Source: Candidatus Moraniibacteriota bacterium (GTDB lineage Bacteria; Patescibacteriota; Minisyncoccia; Moranbacterales; GCA-2747515). From it: 45,421 nucleotides of DNA. Positions 42,305-45,421 of the stretch are shown here, in pieces. The position numbers and the translations under genes were made by a program. Each line of letters starts with the position of its first letter. Position 1 is the first letter of the stretch. The notes beneath the pieces were generated by a model. That model did not search any database. It was given only the letters and a program-made list of their open reading frames with translations, and was not told the origin of the DNA. The stretch lies in contig JAGYLL010000002.1 of NCBI GenBank assembly GCA_018401135.1, forward strand, positions 1 to 45,421. The letters run 5' to 3'.

Positions 42305-44203
42305 ATGAGTTTGGGAAATATACAAAAAGAATTTGATAAAAAAGAATCTTCTCTCGAAGAAGAGCGAAAGCATATAAGTGAATATGATGCTTTGGAAAAT
42401 CTTCATAGTTCTGACCAAGAACGAAAGAGAAAAGAAAGAGATATTGAGCAAAGTGATGAATTGGAGCGATTAGAAAAAGCCTCGATAAAAAAAAGAAGAA
42501 GAGCTTTATTTTTGGGCATAAGCGTCTTGGTATTTATCGGGTCTCTGGCTGGTATTGCGGTATTTTTGGGACTTTTTCGTGATTTTTCTTTTGATGAGAG
42601 TCGTGTTGTTTTGGAAGTAGAAAGTGTGGAAGTGATAGAAAATGGAAAAGATGTAGAATATACAATCATAGTCCAAAATAAAAACTGGAGTGTTTTAGAA
42701 GACGTTTCCCTTGTGGTTCAGTACCCTGCTTCATTTCGTCCCGATGAAGGGAGTTTTGATATCCAAGAAGGCTCACAAAAAGGACGTATAGAAATAGGAG
42801 AGCTTTCGAAAAATTCCGAAGAAAACATCACGTTGAAAGGGAAATTTTTTGGTGCTCAGGGAGAAATAGGCTATATGGATTTTTCTGTTCGTTATGCTAC
42901 GGTAATAGGAGAAGGTCGTTTTGAAAGAGCATTACAGCGATCTATAACGCTCACGGGATCAGCACTTTCTTTCGATATCAATGGAACATTGGAGGTAACT
43001 CCAGGAGAGCAAACAGAATACTTGATAGAATATACCAATAACACAGGAAGCCCTATTTATAATGCCCGACTGGTCGCATCAATATCAGATCGCTTTGTGT
43101 TAACGGAAACAGAACCTTCAGTTTCACAAAAAGAACTTACGCGACTTATCTGGCAATTGGGGACACTAGAAACAGGAAAAACAGGTATGGTGAAAGTGCG
43201 GGGGACTTACTATCAAGAAGCAAACTCCAAAGCTTCATTTTCTGCACAATTAGGAAATATTCAGGGAGATAATTCTTTTTATGCCATAGCCTCTAAAGAA
43301 GCAACGACAGCTATTATTCCGTCTTTACTTTTTGTAAAAATACTCCCTACAACAGCATTACATTCTATTGTTCAGGTGGGTCAGAATGTTCCTCTTATGA
43401 TTCAGTATGCCAATCAATCAGAGATTGGTCTTCCAAGTGGTATAGTGCAAGTTGTTATCGATGGAGATATCTGGAACTATGAAAAAATAAGCATTGCTGG
43501 AGGAAAATGGGATGAGAAAAATAGGACAATTACCTGGAGAGCTTCTGATGTTCCTGAACTTCGTGATCTCGCACCTGGTGAAAAAGGACAAATTCTTTTT
43601 TCTCTTCCTGTTAAGGAGCGATTAGCTGTATCTGGATCAAATGATAAAAACTTCACATCTTCTTTGCGAGCTATTATTGATAGTCCAGATGCTTTAAGTC
43701 GTTTGGGATTAGAAAATGTTTTTGGAAGTGATATTGTCACTCTAAAACTACAAACATTTATTGATGTTGTGCTCGATATACAAAGCAGAGAAGGCACTCC
43801 TCTTTCTGATATTCGTTTTTCGGGAAATGAAACGGTAGATCTCGATGTAGTTATGAAAATAAATAATCCTTATAATGATGTGACGAATGCAAAATTTTCT
43901 TTTAGTATTCCTTCTGGGGTTGAATGGGGAGGGTTTCTGGATGGTATAGAAGAAGAAACAGTATATTACGATGAAAGACGCCGAAGCATAGAATGGGATT
44001 TGGGAAAAATAGATGCAGGAACAGGAGAATATAAAGATGCTCGAGAAATTGCTTTTTCTCTAGCATTTACTCCACAAGAATATCAAAATAATACTAAAGC
44101 GACTCTTATAAGGGGAATGAATTTTTTGGGGACAGATACCTTTGTAGAAAAAGATTTTACCTTTTCTTTGGATGACAAAGAAACACGTTTATTGCGATGG
44201 TAG
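42305..44203 (+). CDS. Membrane-anchored protein with four DUF11/CARDB-like beta-sandwich repeats, encoded with the pilus operon
   Basis: A charged 70-aa cytoplasmic N-terminus, one TM helix (LFLGISVLVFIGSLAGIAVFLGLF), then four segments of about 120-130 aa. Each contains a (V/I).Y.I...N......... pattern (DVEYTIIVQNKN, TEYLIEYTNNTG, VPLMIQYANQSE, VDLDVVMKINNP). Confidence 0.7.
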   Translation: MSLGNIQKEFDKKESSLEEERKHISEYDALENLHSSDQERKRKERDIEQSDELERLEKASIKKRRRALFLGISVLVFIGSLAGIAVFLGLFRDFSFDESRVVLEVESVEVIENGKDVEYTIIVQNKNWSVLEDVSLVVQYPASFRPDEGSFDIQEGSQKGRIEIGELSKNSEENITLKGKFFGAQGEIGYMDFSVRYATVIGEGRFERALQRSITLTGSALSFDINGTLEVTPGEQTEYLIEYTNNTGSPIYNARLVASISDRFVLTETEPSVSQKELTRLIWQLGTLETGKTGMVKVRGTYYQEANSKASFSAQLGNIQGDNSFYAIASKEATTAIIPSLLFVKILPTTALHSIVQVGQNVPLMIQYANQSEIGLPSGIVQVVIDGDIWNYEKISIAGGKWDEKNRTITWRASDVPELRDLAPGEKGQILFSLPVKERLAVSGSNDKNFTSSLRAIIDSPDALSRLGLENVFGSDIVTLKLQTFIDVVLDIQSREGTPLSDIRFSGNETVDLDVVMKINNPYNDVTNAKFSFSIPSGVEWGGFLDGIEEETVYYDERRRSIEWDLGKIDAGTGEYKDAREIAFSLAFTPQEYQNNTKATLIRGMNFLGTDTFVEKDFTFSLDDKETRLLRW

Positions 44204-44216
44204 TAGCATTTCTTAT

Positions 44217-45314
44217 ATGACGAGACAGAGAAATCTTATACTTTCTTTGAAAAGCGGAGTACTACATACTCCGTTTTTTATGCCTGATGCTACACGAGCT
44301 ACTGTTCGAGGACTATCGAGTGAAGATATCGTTTCTTCTGGCATAGAAGCTCTTGTGGTAAATACGTACCATCTCCTTCTTCATCCAGGATCAGAATACA
44401 TACAGCGTTTTGGTGGTGTTCATAGTTTTATGCGTTGGGATGGTCCCATTCTTTCAGATTCTGGGGGATATCAAGTATATTCTTTGATACATAAGCATCC
44501 AGAGAGAGGAAAGGTTGACGAGGAAAAAGTGACGTTCCGATCTCCTCGAGAGGGGAATCTTTATGAAATTACTCCTGAGAAATCTATAGCAATTCAATTT
44601 GCATTGGGTGTGGATATGATGGTGTGTTTGGATGATCCGCGACCAAATGAATCCCCAAAAGAAGAAATTGCCAATGCGGTAGAACGAAGTATTCGATGGG
44701 CAAGACGTTGTAAAGATGAATATGAGAGGCAAATACAAAAAAGAAATCTTTCTGACGATGAAAAACCCTTACTTTTTGGAGTTGTTCAAGGTGGTCCCTA
44801 TAGAGATTTGCGTAAACGAAGTGTGGACGAATTAGTAAATATTGGTTTTGATGGGTATGGATTTGGAGCAAGGCATATTGATGAGAGGGGTGTTTTTATG
44901 GAAGATATTATTGGATATACCGCTTCGATTCTTCCAGAGGAAAAACCACGATTTGCTCTCGGCATAGGAACTCCTTCTGATATTGTGAAATGCTTTAGAC
45001 TCGGATGGGATATGTTTGATTGTGTTATTCCCACAAGAGAAGGACGTCATGGACGAGCTTTTTGTTTTGAGAAGGGTGAAAATTCTTGGTATAAAACTCT
45101 TTCCGTAAAAAATACGTGTTTTCGAGAAGAAAAAGATCCTTTGGAAAAAGGATGCGATTGTCCCTCGTGTGGTGGTGGGTATTCTCTCGGATATATACAT
45201 CACCTTTTTCGTATAGGAGAAATGCTTGGACCACGACTTGTCTCTTTACATAATCTTCGTTTCTATGCACGACTAATGGAGAAATTACGAAAAAACGATG
45301 AAGATATTTGGTAA
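44217..45314 (+). CDS. tgt: tRNA-guanine transglycosylase (queuine/preQ1 tRNA-ribosyltransferase)
   Basis: Motifs LSDSGGYQVYSL, MVCLDD, FGVVQGG, GWDMFDCVIPTREGRHG and the zinc site CDCPSC...H. The ATG at 44217 is preferred to the start at 44172, which overlaps the preceding gene. Confidence 0.85.
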   Translation: MTRQRNLILSLKSGVLHTPFFMPDATRATVRGLSSEDIVSSGIEALVVNTYHLLLHPGSEYIQRFGGVHSFMRWDGPILSDSGGYQVYSLIHKHPERGKVDEEKVTFRSPREGNLYEITPEKSIAIQFALGVDMMVCLDDPRPNESPKEEIANAVERSIRWARRCKDEYERQIQKRNLSDDEKPLLFGVVQGGPYRDLRKRSVDELVNIGFDGYGFGARHIDERGVFMEDIIGYTASILPEEKPRFALGIGTPSDIVKCFRLGWDMFDCVIPTREGRHGRAFCFEKGENSWYKTLSVKNTCFREEKDPLEKGCDCPSCGGGYSLGYIHHLFRIGEMLGPRLVSLHNLRFYARLMEKLRKNDEDIW

Positions 45315-45322
45315 GGTATGTA

Positions 45323-45421
45323 CCTTTCCCTCTTGGTATTTTTTTCTTTTGAAAAAAGGGGAAAGGAGAGATTTTTTTCCTATGCCTTTTTTCCTATGCC
45401 TTTTTTCCACCCTGCCACGGC
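45323..45421. repeat. Terminator-like hairpin plus tandem 14-mers (TTTTTTCCTATGCC x2, then a variant) and a CCTGCCACGGC motif, cut by the window edge
   Basis: CCTTTCCC (45323-45330) pairs with GGGAAAGG (45359-45366), and T7 follows at 45372-45378. The 14-mers lie at 45373-45386 and 45387-45400, with a third variant unit from 45401. Motifs are shared with 19545-19700. Confidence 0.4.

Noticed and set aside
44217-45314. The TGT homolog as a DNA-modifying DpdA-type enzyme rather than a tRNA enzyme
   Set aside because: All canonical bacterial TGT motifs (DSGGYQ, LDD, VQGG, MFDCV.PTR, CxCxxC...H) and the typical length are present. No dpdB/dpdC-like or 7-deazaguanine synthesis genes are adjacent. 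The unusual FMPDATRATV segment alone is not enough to support the idea.
45373-45421. The start of a CRISPR array
   Set aside because: The units are only 14 bp and directly tandem without spacers. No cas genes are in the window.
1-45421. Alternative genetic code (UGA recoded, as in Gracilibacteria/SR1)
   Set aside because: Conserved proteins terminate at their expected lengths on TGA (for example at 17653-17655 and 28122-28124). No conserved gene is broken by in-frame TGA.

Overview
AT-rich (about one-third G+C by eye), gene-dense chromosomal fragment read in the standard code (TGA is used as a stop at 17653 and 28122). The gene content suggests a small-genome monoderm bacterium, possibly Patescibacteria/CPR; that placement is inference only. 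From left to right the window holds: a MacA/MacB-type efflux module, rsgA, a CapA-family protein, a DapB-like oxidoreductase, rny, hup, tRNA-Pro and a YgjP-like hydrolase. Next comes a very large Gloeo_Verruco-repeat surface protein whose 5' 1.5 kb is shattered by frameshifts. It is followed by LytR_C, an M23 peptidase, an FNR-like reductase and tRNA-Gly. A small, relatively GC-rich islet encodes three overlapping tiny ORFs, two of them Cys-rich. Then come a photolyase/DUF1295/DUF2177/cytochrome-b5 cluster, an orphan region, an ABC-2 exporter, a cupin and rarA. A TrpR-fold YerC-like regulator is bracketed by two near-identical perfect palindromes. comF and clpC follow, then a complete secretin-less type IV pilus locus (pilM, pilN, pilO, pilB, a REC-only regulator, pilT, pilC, two pilins, pilD, three minor pilins and a 632-aa repeat protein), and finally tgt. 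I saw no CRISPR array, transposase, integrase or recognisable defence system. The most unusual signals are: (1) the twin dyads flanking the YerC-like gene; (2) the localised frameshift decay and 263-bp duplication in the surface-protein gene; (3) the overlapping Cys-rich mini-operon; (4) a G/C-rich intergenic element shared between 19.6 kb and the right window edge; and (5) promoter-plus-terminator leaders upstream of two metabolic genes.
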